25,648 nucleotides of DNA, taken from the NCBI RefSeq assembly GCF_004010195.1, contig NC_057758.1, forward strand, positions 5,694,998-5,720,645. The letters are read 5' to 3'. The position numbers and the translations under genes were made by a program. The notes below the pieces were generated by a model. That model ran no database searches and was not told the DNA's origin. It saw only the letters and a list, made by a program, of their open reading frames with translations. Shown in pieces: positions 1 to 9,904 of this stretch. Each line of letters opens with the position of its first letter. Within the stretch, counting starts at the first letter, position 1. Source of the DNA: Chiloscyllium plagiosum. Its lineage: Eukaryota.

Positions 1-364
1 ACTATTACAACTCTAAGCAGGCAATTGAAGTGTGTAAATCTGTTCCTTGGAGAAATACAGACAATCCAATGACGACAAAATTTTCAGAAACATGCTTTTA
101 CGTTAATTAGTTTCACTGCATGGATTATACTTTGCTGGCCAAATTGTCGGCGGGACTTTAAGAGTTAACCACGCTGCTGTGGATCTGGAGTCACAAGCAG
201 AAAAAGACAAATTAAGCACACAGTTTCCACAAAGGATATGAAAGACCGACGGTTTTTTTTTCAACAATAGTCCTGAATTTAAGATATTTACCCTCCTCAC
301 CCCCGACCACGACACCCACCTTGTCATCTCTGCGTAATTGAGTTCAAATTCCCCAATGAGAATT

Positions 365-450
365 GTGCTAAAGAAGGGTTACTGGACATAAAATATTAAT
401 ATCTCTCCACAAATGCTACGAATTCTGTCGTAGTTCTGCTGCATTCTGTA
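365..450 (+). mobile_element. Short decayed Penelope-type terminal repeat
   Basis: CTAAAGAAGGGTTACTGGACATAAAA...CTCTCCACAAATGCT resembles the terminal repeat at 5990-6054(-). A further tail fragment lies at about 19915-19965. Confidence 0.45.
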
Positions 451-2104
451 ACATACAGAATGCTCTCACTGTGTTGCAGTGAGAACATTCAGCTTTGTGC
501 TGGCCTTACACTCGTGCAAAATCAATTGTATATCTTTTCTATTCGGGTCATGAAAGCGGTTCTGATCCGCACAGTTCAGAAGTAAATCAATTACGTTACC
601 AAAGAGAGTCAATGAAGTTAGAATTGCAAGTAACTTCCTGAGGCAACAGGTCTCTAAAAACTGGCATTTCCTCGGTTTGTTATAGTTTTCATAGTTTCTA
701 TATTACACTCATCTGCGGAAAGAGCATCTATGTAGGTAATTCGGACGAAAGGGCACCAATAATACTCTGGCAATTGCAAACAGACGTTGAGAGTCGAAAT
801 ACTCATATTTCCACATGTTTACATAGAGACGCTGCCAGTGTTTGATCTATGTAGTCTTAATTGCAATTCTGCCTTCGTAGCACTCTCGGGGCTCACGTAG
901 TAACCTTGATGCTGTTTCATTTTGGTTCTGTTTAATTCGCTGTGCTTGATGACATTGAGGAGCATGAGCTGTATGGTCCCGGAAGAAAATGGCTCACGCG
1001 CTAGTCAACGAGTTTTGTTGATAGGTGCTTTAATCATGACTGGGTAAATGACCCGAAATAATCTGAGGGAGTGCCATGTCGGAGGGGGTTAGATTGAAGA
1101 TTTCAAAGTACTGTATTTTGGAAGTGCATTCACTCAATTTCGCAAACCCTCTGATTTCGTGGTGGAACAATTAGTGTCATGTATTCTCGAGTTTGGTTCA
1201 CAGTTTAGAATCTCCACCACATTCTAACCCCAAAGCTACATCTCTCCCGTTTATGCTTCCCATTTTTTTAAACATGAGAAACACTTTAATGACGAGAAAA
1301 AACATGAAGGAGTGTACGGTCTTACAGCGATGAAGAGAGTCAGAGAGAACCTGAAGTGTAATCTCAAGAATAAAAAATGTCTTACTGTTTGTGATTGCGG
1401 GTAATTTTGACCTGGCATGGTCAACATTGTCAGTGATATTTTTTGGTACCAGATGTATCGTTCGGAATGTCAGTCAATGTCATTACTTTGTGCCAGAATA
1501 GGGCTTCTTGCTGCAGATCCTCAGCTGCTGAACAGAGCCTGCGCTGTATGCTGTGACCCAGACTACATTCAGACAGCAGCTGAAGATTGTGCTGAGTATC
1601 GTCAAATCAATCAATCGTTCAAAAATCACAAATTTAATAATTAAATCCAGAAACGTGTATTTGTTTTTAAAAATTGCAGCAATAACGCTGCCTGTCGCTG
1701 TATTAAATCTCTAAAGGTACTGCTGGCTTGTTTCAATCTTCCAGCACAGGTTATTTGGCACTTTTCGATCTGTCTGCCCACTCTGAGTTCAAAATAAAAG
1801 GGGGCATCATTCGGTAGGTCTGCCATCACGCACACTCTCACTCCCTAAAACAATCTGCTGTCCAATTTGCTTGACTCTCTGCATTCGTCTATTCCACTGG
1901 GCAACTGTATCGCTTCTTCCTTCCTGCCTTCCTCTCCATCATTGTTCACCAACTCGCTATCTCTCCTCATCTCCATTGCTGTCTCTTCTTCCCTCTCGCT
2001 CTCTACTGTCTCGACTGTCAATTTTATCCAACAGCAAATAACAATTCAGAACAGGAACAACCCCTCCGCCCCCAACTCTGTGGTGACAAATTTTACATTG
2101 TATT

Positions 2105-2670
2105 AACTTGCAGGTTCTGTATTTATCCTTTCTCTTTCTAATCATGCATTCCTCCAGTGCTTCTTGAATGCTGCTGTTGTATCTACATCCACACCTCCTC
2201 TGGCCACCTGTTCCAGGCACTCAACACCATTTGCGTCAAAGACTTGCCTTGCAAATCTCTTTTAAAGCTACCAACAATCCTGAAACTCTCTCCACAGCAC
2301 AGCCCCCATTTCCTCCAACGCCTGGAACCTGAGTCGCTTAGTAAGTGGACTCTCCAAAATGTGAAAAAGTGTCCTGAATTCCACACGATCCATGCAATCA
2401 CAATTTGATAAACATCTATCAAGTCGCCCCTCAACCTCCTGCATTCCGTTGAAAACAAAGCCAGTTTGTGCAAACATTCTTCACAGCTAACATTGCCCAT
2501 CCCCCTAAAACGTTATTGCACCGTCGGCAAAGTATTCTGGTAGTGTGGTGAAAAGAACTGTGCGCAATATTACAAGTGTGACTGAACCAAAGTTCGATAA
2601 AATTGCAGCATAACTTGTCTATACTTATATTCTTTGCCCCTTCCAATGAAGGCAAACACACTATGGGCAT
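2105..2670 (-). mobile_element. CR1 LINE 3' fragment, decayed
   Basis: Minus-strand translation includes LALFSTECRRLRGDLIDVYQI and FKRDLQGKSLTQMVLSAWNRWPEEV, matching the CR1 ORF2 C-terminus (LFSLERRRLRGDLIEVYKI / FTQRVV.AWN.LPEEV). Confidence 0.85.
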
Positions 2671-2674
2671 TTGT

Positions 2675-2850
2675 TTTCAAGAATAGGAAGTGCATGCTGG
2701 CGATGGAGCGAGAACAATACAGGATTACAGAAATGATGCATGTTGTTCCGGGTTACGGTATGAGGATTATACAACTTAGCATTTTGACTCTAGAATTTAG
2801 AAAGGTAAAGGTTTGATGGAAATATTCATACTGTCAATGGAGTCGGAGTG
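2675..2850 (+). mobile_element. Short CR1 ORF2 fragment in the opposite orientation
   Basis: RKCMLAMEREQYRITEMM resembles CR1 RKDVLALERVQRRFTRMI. Confidence 0.6.
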
Positions 2851-2932
2851 GGGGGCGGGGAAGGGTGGATAAACATAAATTTATTTTGCGGATTGGTTAT
2901 TATGGAAGTAGTGGACTTTGTATGACATTTAG

Positions 2933-3040
2933 AGCCAGAGATGTTGCGAAGCACTTGTTCACATGGATGTTTGAAACGATCTTGCACAAACAAGAGTGAA
3001 TTCTGGAAGGGTTTTTCGACTTTTGTTGCCCAAAGACACG
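2933..3040 (+). pseudogene. Possible degenerate beta-defensin exon-2 relic inside the duplicated segment (second copy about 24330-24434, - strand)
   Basis: After TTTAG, combining the two copies and allowing frameshifts gives RYCEAL..HGC-LKRS-C-TNKSEFWMS-C-.DF-CC-PK. Cys2 survives in copy 1 and Cys4 in copy 2. Confidence 0.4.
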
Positions 3041-4125
3041 AGGGATTATGGGCAAAAAGCAGGAATTTGGAGTTCGGCAAGAGAGGCAACCCCTATGTCG
3101 GTAATGGTGGAATGTGCATGAAGAGTTCAACCGACTCCTCCTTTCTTGTGTTCATATGAAACTGTGCTTTATTGCATGGAACCAGGAGGTTACTTTGTTA
3201 CTTTTTGTCTCATCAATAACTGTTCTTTGACTTTCAGAGACCGGAGATAATATAACACACTGTGATCTGGAGCTGAAATCTTCAATCCATGCATTTTCGA
3301 CAGAATTAGATTAGATAAGTCTAATCTGATCTTTGACATACTTATTTCAAAACCGTGAGATGACACATGAGCTCCATCCAAGTTTTATTCTTGACACTAG
3401 AGTTAGAATCGACATTTCCGGTGTGTATGCTTACCTTGCGCATCAAATCCATCTATATCCAACCGACCCTACGAAGTAACAAATTCTGTGTCTGAAAAAT
3501 TCCCAATTCTTCCAAATTTCTTGTTTCCTTGAATCATTGGTCTTGAATGTCATGTTGACTTTAATTGGACTGTGCCCAATCTCTCTGCTGAAGAAGTTTT
3601 CCATCGCTGGAATGTCTTTTTGTGAAGAAGCCGTTGCGACTGAACCAAACCATAGGTTCACTGACGTATGAAGAGTATTTGGAATCTTTGCTTTCTACAA
3701 CAGCAAATATGGAAAACATAATGTGGAGGTGGACTACCTTATAAATAATATAAAACACCAGCTTATAGTGCAAAAGGTTTATTTCAAAGAAACCTGTTGA
3801 ACAATAACCAGGTGTTTGATGGTTAATTTTGTCAACATGGGAGAGATTGTAATGCTGATATCAATGCTGCCTTCCAGTTGCGGTTTGCATAATTCTCAAT
3901 GCAGGGTTTCTGCAATTTCCACAGTTTGTGATAATCAGCCAGACTTCCACAGATCCTGATGATTTTTTTTAAAAGATATGGGAGGGATTACGTCATGGTA
4001 CAGTTCTTCAGGGTCTATCCAGAGTTGGAGGAATGATGGTGGGCAATGGATTTGAAATAGTGTCTTTTTCGCTGGCCTGGCATCGGGCTGAGGTAGGCTA
4101 ACTCCTGGACTTCTCCCAAAGGGAT

Positions 4126-4750
4126 TGTTATGGTCCGGTTCATACCAGACAATCGCCAAATAGTTTAAGATTGCTGTCTAAACAGGATGGTTTCCTTATT
4201 TTAAGGCAAATGTAAGGTACCGTGTTCCAGATACGAACTTAATGGTTCAATAAAACAACATTAAGCAAAACGCAATTTATTCAAACACTATCGTTAAAGG
4301 GCAAAGGCCAAATGAAGATCTGAGAATCACTTTAATCCATTGGAAAGTTTAACAGTGTGTTGGATACATTAAATCTTACTGATGAACTGTTCTGATACAA
4401 TAACATGCCATGAACACACCTCTTTGGAAAAACGCAAATTTAGAAGTCTGAGTTCCTCACATGCAACGTTTGCATCAAAAAGAGAAACACCACCTTCTGG
4501 CTGTACACGCAAGCGGGTGAAAGATCTCTTCTACTTCTGCTGAATTTAGGACCTAAAAACAATCTAGAAATCCTAACCTGTGAGACCAGGACCCACCCAT
4601 CCAGGCTACATCTATTGTTCCAACTATTTATTAAACCAAGACTTTACAAGCTATTTACAATACCACGGAGAGTTCTGCGCCTCTGGTTCAATCTATTTCT
4701 AAACAGAAACCACGATACAGTACACATTTTATAGGCATGCCATTATCACA
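4126..4750 (-). mobile_element. Probable solo LTR
   Basis: Bounded by TGTTAT...ATCACA. On the - strand it ends CCATAACA, like the LTR ending at 10640. Flanks GGAT/AGAT resemble a 4-bp target-site duplication with one mismatch. Confidence 0.55.
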
Positions 4751-5054
4751 AGATGGTATCACTTTTCCTCGGGTGGTCTCACTCACAACCGTACCTCTCC
4801 ATGCACATCACTGCCACAAATCAAATGCTCATATCCCTTTTTTATTTTGGGAGGGGTGGGGGGGGGGGGGGGGTCTGGGGCGGTCATTTATACTTTCTCA
4901 ATCACCTCTCTCAAACCTCTCCTCTGATGCCCAGAGGAAGCTACCCTTTCGAACATATGAGCTTGATCATAAGAAGCCTGCTCTGCCATTCAGTAAGTTA
5001 ATGGATCATCTGATTTCAAACTCATCCCTGCGCTCAGTAGCAGCAGTCTGTATA

Positions 5055-5640
5055 AATTAGGCTTGCAATATAAGAGGAGTGGCCACAAGAGCAGGTTGAA
5101 AATACAGAATCCTATAGCCACTCAGTCACTGCCTGTCAACAAAGCCCAAGTCAGGAGTATGATGGAATATTCCCCAACTCCCTGGATGAGTGCAGCTCCA
5201 ATAACACAAAAGAAGCGTTAGTATTCGGGACAAAGTAACCCAATTATTTGGGAAACTCATTTACAAGCATCCATTCCCTAAACCACCAACGCTCAGTCTC
5301 AGCAAGAAATTCGCCAAACATCTTCAGATAGCATCTTCCGAAGCCACGACCACTTCAGGTGGTCTATCTCGAATGATGGGAATGGCAGATACATGTGAAT
5401 ATCTCCATCTGTACGTTCCCCTTCAAGTCATTCACCATTCCAACCTGGAAATATATCACTGATCCTTCAGTGCCCGGAGAAACTACCCTGCAACTGACTT
5501 CATAATTACACAGTCCCTGTACCACATGGACTGCAACTGCTTAAAAAGGCACCTCAGCACCACCCTCTGAAGGAGCAGTAACAATGGGCCAATTCATATT
5601 GTTTCCAGCCAGTGGCACCCCCATCTGTGAAGGAATAAGA
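5055..5640 (+). mobile_element. CR1/L2-group LINE 3' fragment
   Basis: AACAAAGCCCAAGTCAGGAGTATGATGGAATATTCCCCA... translates to KAQVRSMMEYSP..WMSAAPIT.KK, a LINE ORF2 C-terminal motif. Confidence 0.7.
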
Positions 5641-5929
5641 TCAAGTCTTGCTGCTCTGTTTATGTAGATCTATGTTGAGGACAATCAGCTGTTTACTTGT
5701 TTGGACAACGACGTACTTACACATCTTCAGCTAGGATAGACGACCACCATCACTGTCCGACTAAGACATCTGCAACATGGATCATTTTCCACTTGGGAAA
5801 AATAAAACACCAAAAAGATTGAAATGTCAGTCTTAAAAAATTCTCAGTACTTCATTCACCTTTGTATGATATTTGCAGCATCGGATTGTTGAAGGTACAT
5901 ATTAGGAAGGGAGCCCAGACCGACCACTG

Positions 5930-6990
5930 GAGTGAAAGTGAGGACTGCGGCTGTTGGAGATTGCTGTCGTGCGTGTGGTGCTGAAAAGCACACCAGGTCA
6001 GGCAACATTCGAGGAGCAGCAGAGTCGACGTTTCAGCAAAAGCCCTTCATCATGAATGAGGCTGGAAACGTCGGGGGTGTAGAAGTAAATAGGAGGAGTT
6101 TGGGCTTGGGGACGTTAGCTGAGAGTGTGATAGTTAAATTGAGATGGTGCAATGGTGATAGGTCAGGCGGGATGGTAGAGATGATAGGTGAGAAGGAAGA
6201 TGAACAGATAGTCCGTTCATGAGGTGGTGCCGAGTGGGAAGCATGGATCTGGGGTAAAGTGTGGCCGAGGAAATGAGGAAACCTGTGAAATTCATATTCA
6301 TTCCGTGGGTTTGGAGGGTCCCGAGGCGAAGATGAGGCGTTCTTCCTCCAGAAGTCAGGTGGTTAGGGAGTGGCGATGGCGGATTCCCGGGACCTGCATA
6401 TCCTCGGAGGAGTCGGAGTGGGAGATGAAGTGTTTAACCACAGGGCGGTGGGTTTGTTTGTTGTGGGTGCTGCGGATATGTTCTCCGAAGGGCTTTGCGA
6501 TTAGGCATCCTGTCTCCCCAGTGTAGAGGAGACCGCATCTGGATCAATAGATAAGTAAATGACATGTGCAGAAGAGCAGGTGAAACGTTGATGTATGCCA
6601 AAGGCTCCTTTGGAACATGGATGGAGATGAGGGAGAGGTTGGGCGCAGGTTTTGCAAAAACTGCTGTAGCAGGAGAAGGTGCCAGGAGGAGAGGATTGCT
6701 TGGGGCGTGGAAATAATGAGCGAATCGTGGAGCCAACATTCTTTCTGGAAAGCGGCAAAGGGTTGGGCGGGAAAAATATATATGTTAGTGGCATCCGTTT
6801 GTAGGGGGCAGAAATGATCGACGATGTTGCAATGGATACAGAGGTTGGCGAGTTGGAAGGGAAAGACTAGGGTGTTGTTTCCTTCGTGCAATCGAATGGT
6901 TAGTGTTTGAGGGCGGAGCTGCAGGAAGTGGATGAGATGCGCCGGAGGGATCATCATCCACGTCGGAGGCAAATTGCGGTCTTTAAAGGA
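5930..6990 (-). mobile_element. Penelope-like element 3' fragment (GIY-YIG endonuclease + terminal repeat), decayed
   Basis: PGTFSCYSSFCKTCA...HQRFTCSSAHVIY, the Cys-rich linker and GIY-YIG start of Penelope-like elements. The terminal part carries a hammerhead-like core at 6026-6054. Confidence 0.85.
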
Positions 6991-7304
6991 GTGATATAGC
7001 TGTCAAACCACATATTTCTAAACAAAACAGATTTTTCGAATGAAGCACGAAAGTAAAAAACAACAGAATATAGAATATTTTGCCCGATCTGCAAACACAA
7101 CCGAATCTATCGCAGCTTAATCAGAAAGTTCCAAATCCCAGCAACATTCCAATAACATACCCCATTGGCAAGAATTCAAATTCAAACATAGGTCCTTACA
7201 GGAGAGCTGTCGGAGAGAGAATAAGCATTTACATTCTTTTCACTGCAACTTTTCTTTGGATTCTCAGCTAAAACATACACCAAAGCAGAAGCAGACATGA
7301 TCTT

Positions 7305-7447
7305 GAAGAACTAGCCACTAACCTCCCATTGGACAAGTGTTTAAAAACACCTGAAAACGGTTTCCCTGATGGTTAATTTGACTCGTATCTGACAGCCATT
7401 AGCAAAGACCCAAACCAAACAAATTGGACCATCTGCCTTTTAAAACC
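7305..7447 (-). pseudogene. Beta-defensin paralogue C, degenerate exon 2
   Basis: Strong acceptor TTTTTCTCGTTTTCATTTTTCAACAG. TGT TTG GTT ..GGT CTT TGC (C L V..G L C) resembles CLVQGGIC, and TGT CCA ATG GGA GGT TAG TGG (C P M G G * W) resembles CEHGGFCC. Multiple stops and indels. Confidence 0.5.
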
Positions 7448-7766
7448 CTGTTGAAAAATGAAAACGAGAAAAATGTAACCTTGCCCAAGGAACAGCATGA
7501 ACAGATATTCGACAGGCACATCAAACTCCTTGGTGAAAATAAAGTGCTGCTGGATGATTAAAAAAACACTTGGAAATTTCTACTCCGCAGTTGGTAACTT
7601 GCATGAGGCTTGGGTTTTAAATGTTAATGAACAAAGATTGTTTGTCAGGTTAGGGCACACATTTAACCTAAATTTATTTGAATATCACCAGAAGATATGC
7701 GGGTGTTGTATTTTCTCCACTTCTTCATCCCTGAAAGAAGTCCCTGTACGTAAAGATATACACTCG

Positions 7767-7848
7767 CATTCAGTAAAGTATCTTGCACTCCAGCAGTAAT
7801 GGGTTGCATCGACAACAAAGTTCAAAGGAGTAAAAGCAAGGCTTTTGT
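7767..7848 (-). pseudogene. Beta-defensin paralogue C, dead exon 1: (T)KALLLLL*TLLSMQPITAGVQDTLLN
   Basis: Codon-level match to intact exon 1 (AAA GCC TTG CTT TTA CTC vs AAA TCA CTG CTT TTG CTC; CAA CCC ATT ACT GCT vs GAA CCC ATC ACT GCG). The start codon reads ACA, there is an internal TGA at 7824-7822, and the donor-like site reads GCGAGT. Upstream AAATAAAGAGCTTCTGCCTTCC matches the intact TATA motif. Confidence 0.75.
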
Positions 7849-8489
7849 TGAATTCTTCGTTACCAGTTGTATTCACCGGAAGGCAGAAGCTCTTTATTTT
7901 CTATCATTCATTATCGCGTTCTCCCTTACGGGCACATAGACACACTAACACAAGCGTGCTCATGCACAAACACACACACACGCAGAGGGCTAGCTCCAAC
8001 GCGAATCTGTTAAAGGGACTGTTCAGTCACGGAGATCTGCAATCAAGGAACTCAAAGAAAACGTAGATCTTCCTTAGTTGAGGAAGTGGGTTGAACGGTA
8101 TTCTGTGGGATGTCTGCTCTGAAACAGAACATCCCCAGGATGGTGACGAACGAGGACAATGCATTGTGTGTAAAATATTATTCCGCTACGAGGAATAGTC
8201 GAGCGACCACATTTCAAACGGGCCCTCGGAATCTCTGTGCTGCCACTCTCCTGTTCACACAAAATACGTCGATCGGATTCAGAAAGTAAAGGTAATCAAA
8301 AGGCACTATTCAATCCAGTAAGCATTATTAAATTTATCCTGAAATCACCGAATCAAGGGGCTGCGGTTCCACCTGATCTATAAGTGCCTGAATGACAGAC
8401 ATCGCTATCACCATAACTCAGACGATTAAAGGGATCACGCTGTGTGCGGAGGGGGTGGAGGTTTGCCACCTTCTGTGTTGTGCCACTCA

Positions 8490-8601
8490 TTACTTGATGC
8501 AGCAACGATCCTCACATGCAACGATCCTAACATGCAAATACTTTGGCTTCTCATCCGCCGTTGGATGCGACAGAACAACATCTTCCTGAGGGATACGGCG
8601 G
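8490..8601 (-). pseudogene. Beta-defensin paralogue B, degenerate exon 2
   Basis: Acceptor TCCATTCAG. Reading with frameshifts gives (R/C)RIPQGRC-CSVA-(S/C)-NGG*EAKVFA-C...DRCCIK*. It contains a 16-bp tandem duplication (TTGCATGT[T/G]AGGATCG) and a stop. It lies just downstream of the same 51-bp minisatellite that precedes exon 2 of the intact gene. Confidence 0.55.
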
Positions 8602-8619
8602 CTGAATGGATTTTGGGAG

Positions 8620-9470
8620 GTGAGAAGTGTACAGTGCTCCCAGTGTTTTCTGCCCGATGCAGATTAGGGCCTGAGGTATCCACACTGCTCGCGGTCTGGT
8701 CTGCATAATATATTTGGAACCTAAAGTGTGCAGAGTGTTCCCAGTGTGTACTGTCAAACGTATATTGGGACCTGAGAAATTCACAGTACTCCCAGTGTGG
8801 TCTGCACAATATCGTTTGGGACCTGAGGAATGAAAAGTGCTCCCATTGTTGTCTGTCCAATGTAGATTGGGACGTCGGGACTATACACTGCTCCCAGTGT
8901 GGTCTGCTCAAAGTAGGTTTGGACCTCAGGATTGCACATTGCTCACAGTGTGGTTTTCTCCGTCTACATTGGTGTATGGCGATCACAGAGAGTGGCCTGC
9001 TAAATGTAGATTTGGAATTGAGGATTATGCAGTGCTCCCAGTGTGATCTATCCAAGGTAGATAGGGACATAAGAATCGTACACTGCTCCCAATATGCTCT
9101 ACTAAATGCAGTTTGGAACTGAGGATTACGCAGTGATCCCAATGTGGTCAGTCCAATATAGACTGGGACGTGAGATTTACAAACTTCTCCCAGTGTGGCC
9201 TGCTCAAAGTAGGTAGGGAACTCAGTATTACATAGTTCTCACAGTGTGGTTTTCTCAATATAGTTTGGTGCATGACGATTACACAGTGCTCCAAGTTTGG
9301 TCTGTCCAATGTAGATTGGAACCTGAGGATTGCACACTGCTGCTAGTGTGGTCTGCCCAAGGTAGGATGAAACCACAGAAGTGCACAATGTTCCCCTTGA
9401 GACTATCAAAGCTGGGGAAGGCGAAGAAAGGTAGACACTTCTCCCAGTGTGCTCAGCCCAAGTCACATGA
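8620..9470 (-). repeat. About 51-bp minisatellite (~17 units) derived from the CR1 'VRPHLEYCVQFWSP' motif
   Basis: CTCCCAGTGTGG-like cores recur every ~51 bp on the + strand (e.g. 8789, 8840, 8891, 9187, 9441). The - strand ORF shows a 17-aa period (LSRPHWEQC.ILRSQST). Confidence 0.9.
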
Positions 9471-9589
9471 GACTTGAGTGGATAAAAAGGGATTAGCACA
9501 AATCGAATCATTGATGATTAAGTTATAATGTCTCATATGATTTGTTGTGGTAATACATGAAAGATGATTTTCATAGCGAATCAATGGAA

Positions 9590-9903
9590 TAGATATTAGG
9601 AGCAAGAGACCAACTGCTCTCTTGAAGTGGCACGAGTCATGGCAGCTTTCGAAGAGGAGAGGGTAATAGATAGTGTAATGGTGGGATATTTACAGATGAC
9701 GTCTCTGGATGCTGAAGGCATGCCACAAATGGTGAACTGGGTCAAATCTGGGAATGTGCAGGAGTGGAAATTGTTGAAGCATGGGATATCAGGGAGGATG
9801 TTTGAGCTGAAAGTAATGGAGATAAGGAGAAACTTCATCAGCCAGAGAGCACTGAGTCAATAAATTCATTGCCACCGAAGACTGTGGAGGCTAGGTCACT
9901 GAG
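9590..9903 (+). mobile_element. CR1 LINE 3' fragment, left part (interrupted by the LTR element)
   Basis: GAGATAAGGAGAAACTTCATCAGCCAGAGAG...AATTCATTGCCACCGAAGACTGTGGAGGCTAGGTCACTGA is the CR1 ORF2 end (EIRRNFISQRA..SLPPKTVEA). Confidence 0.75.
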
Positions 9904-9904
9904 G

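Larger units (their letters stand above)
1722..4274 (+). repeat. Segmental duplication, copy 1 (inverted relative to 23098-25648)
   Basis: Colinear reverse-complement match along its length; mirrored ORF pairs, e.g. 3190-3381(-) vs 23993-24247(+) and 2634-2816(+) vs 24551-24742(-). Roughly 90-95% identical by eye. Confidence 0.95.

Noticed and set aside
3190..3773. ORFs conserved between the two duplicon copies (e.g. MDGAHVSSHG...)
   Set aside because: The similarity simply reflects recent duplication; the frames differ by indels between copies and no domain is recognisable.
5660..5793. Minus-strand acceptor followed by PCCRCL..RC and a GTAAGT donor-like site
   Set aside because: Internal stop, no recognisable Cys pattern and no partner exon identified.
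7685..7876. ORF with 'DATHYCWSA', resembling an Ig/TCR V-segment end
   Set aside because: No upstream V framework and no convincing heptamer/nonamer signal; another frame explains it better as a dead defensin exon 1.
8435..9142. Longest ORF (235 aa) with regular His/Cys spacing, suggesting a zinc-finger-like repeat protein
   Set aside because: It is the translation of a 51-bp CR1-derived minisatellite; the spacing does not fit C2H2 and there is no gene context.
8620..9470. Regular repeat array resembling CRISPR
   Set aside because: The units are contiguous degenerate tandem copies with no unique spacers, there are no cas genes, and the context is eukaryotic.
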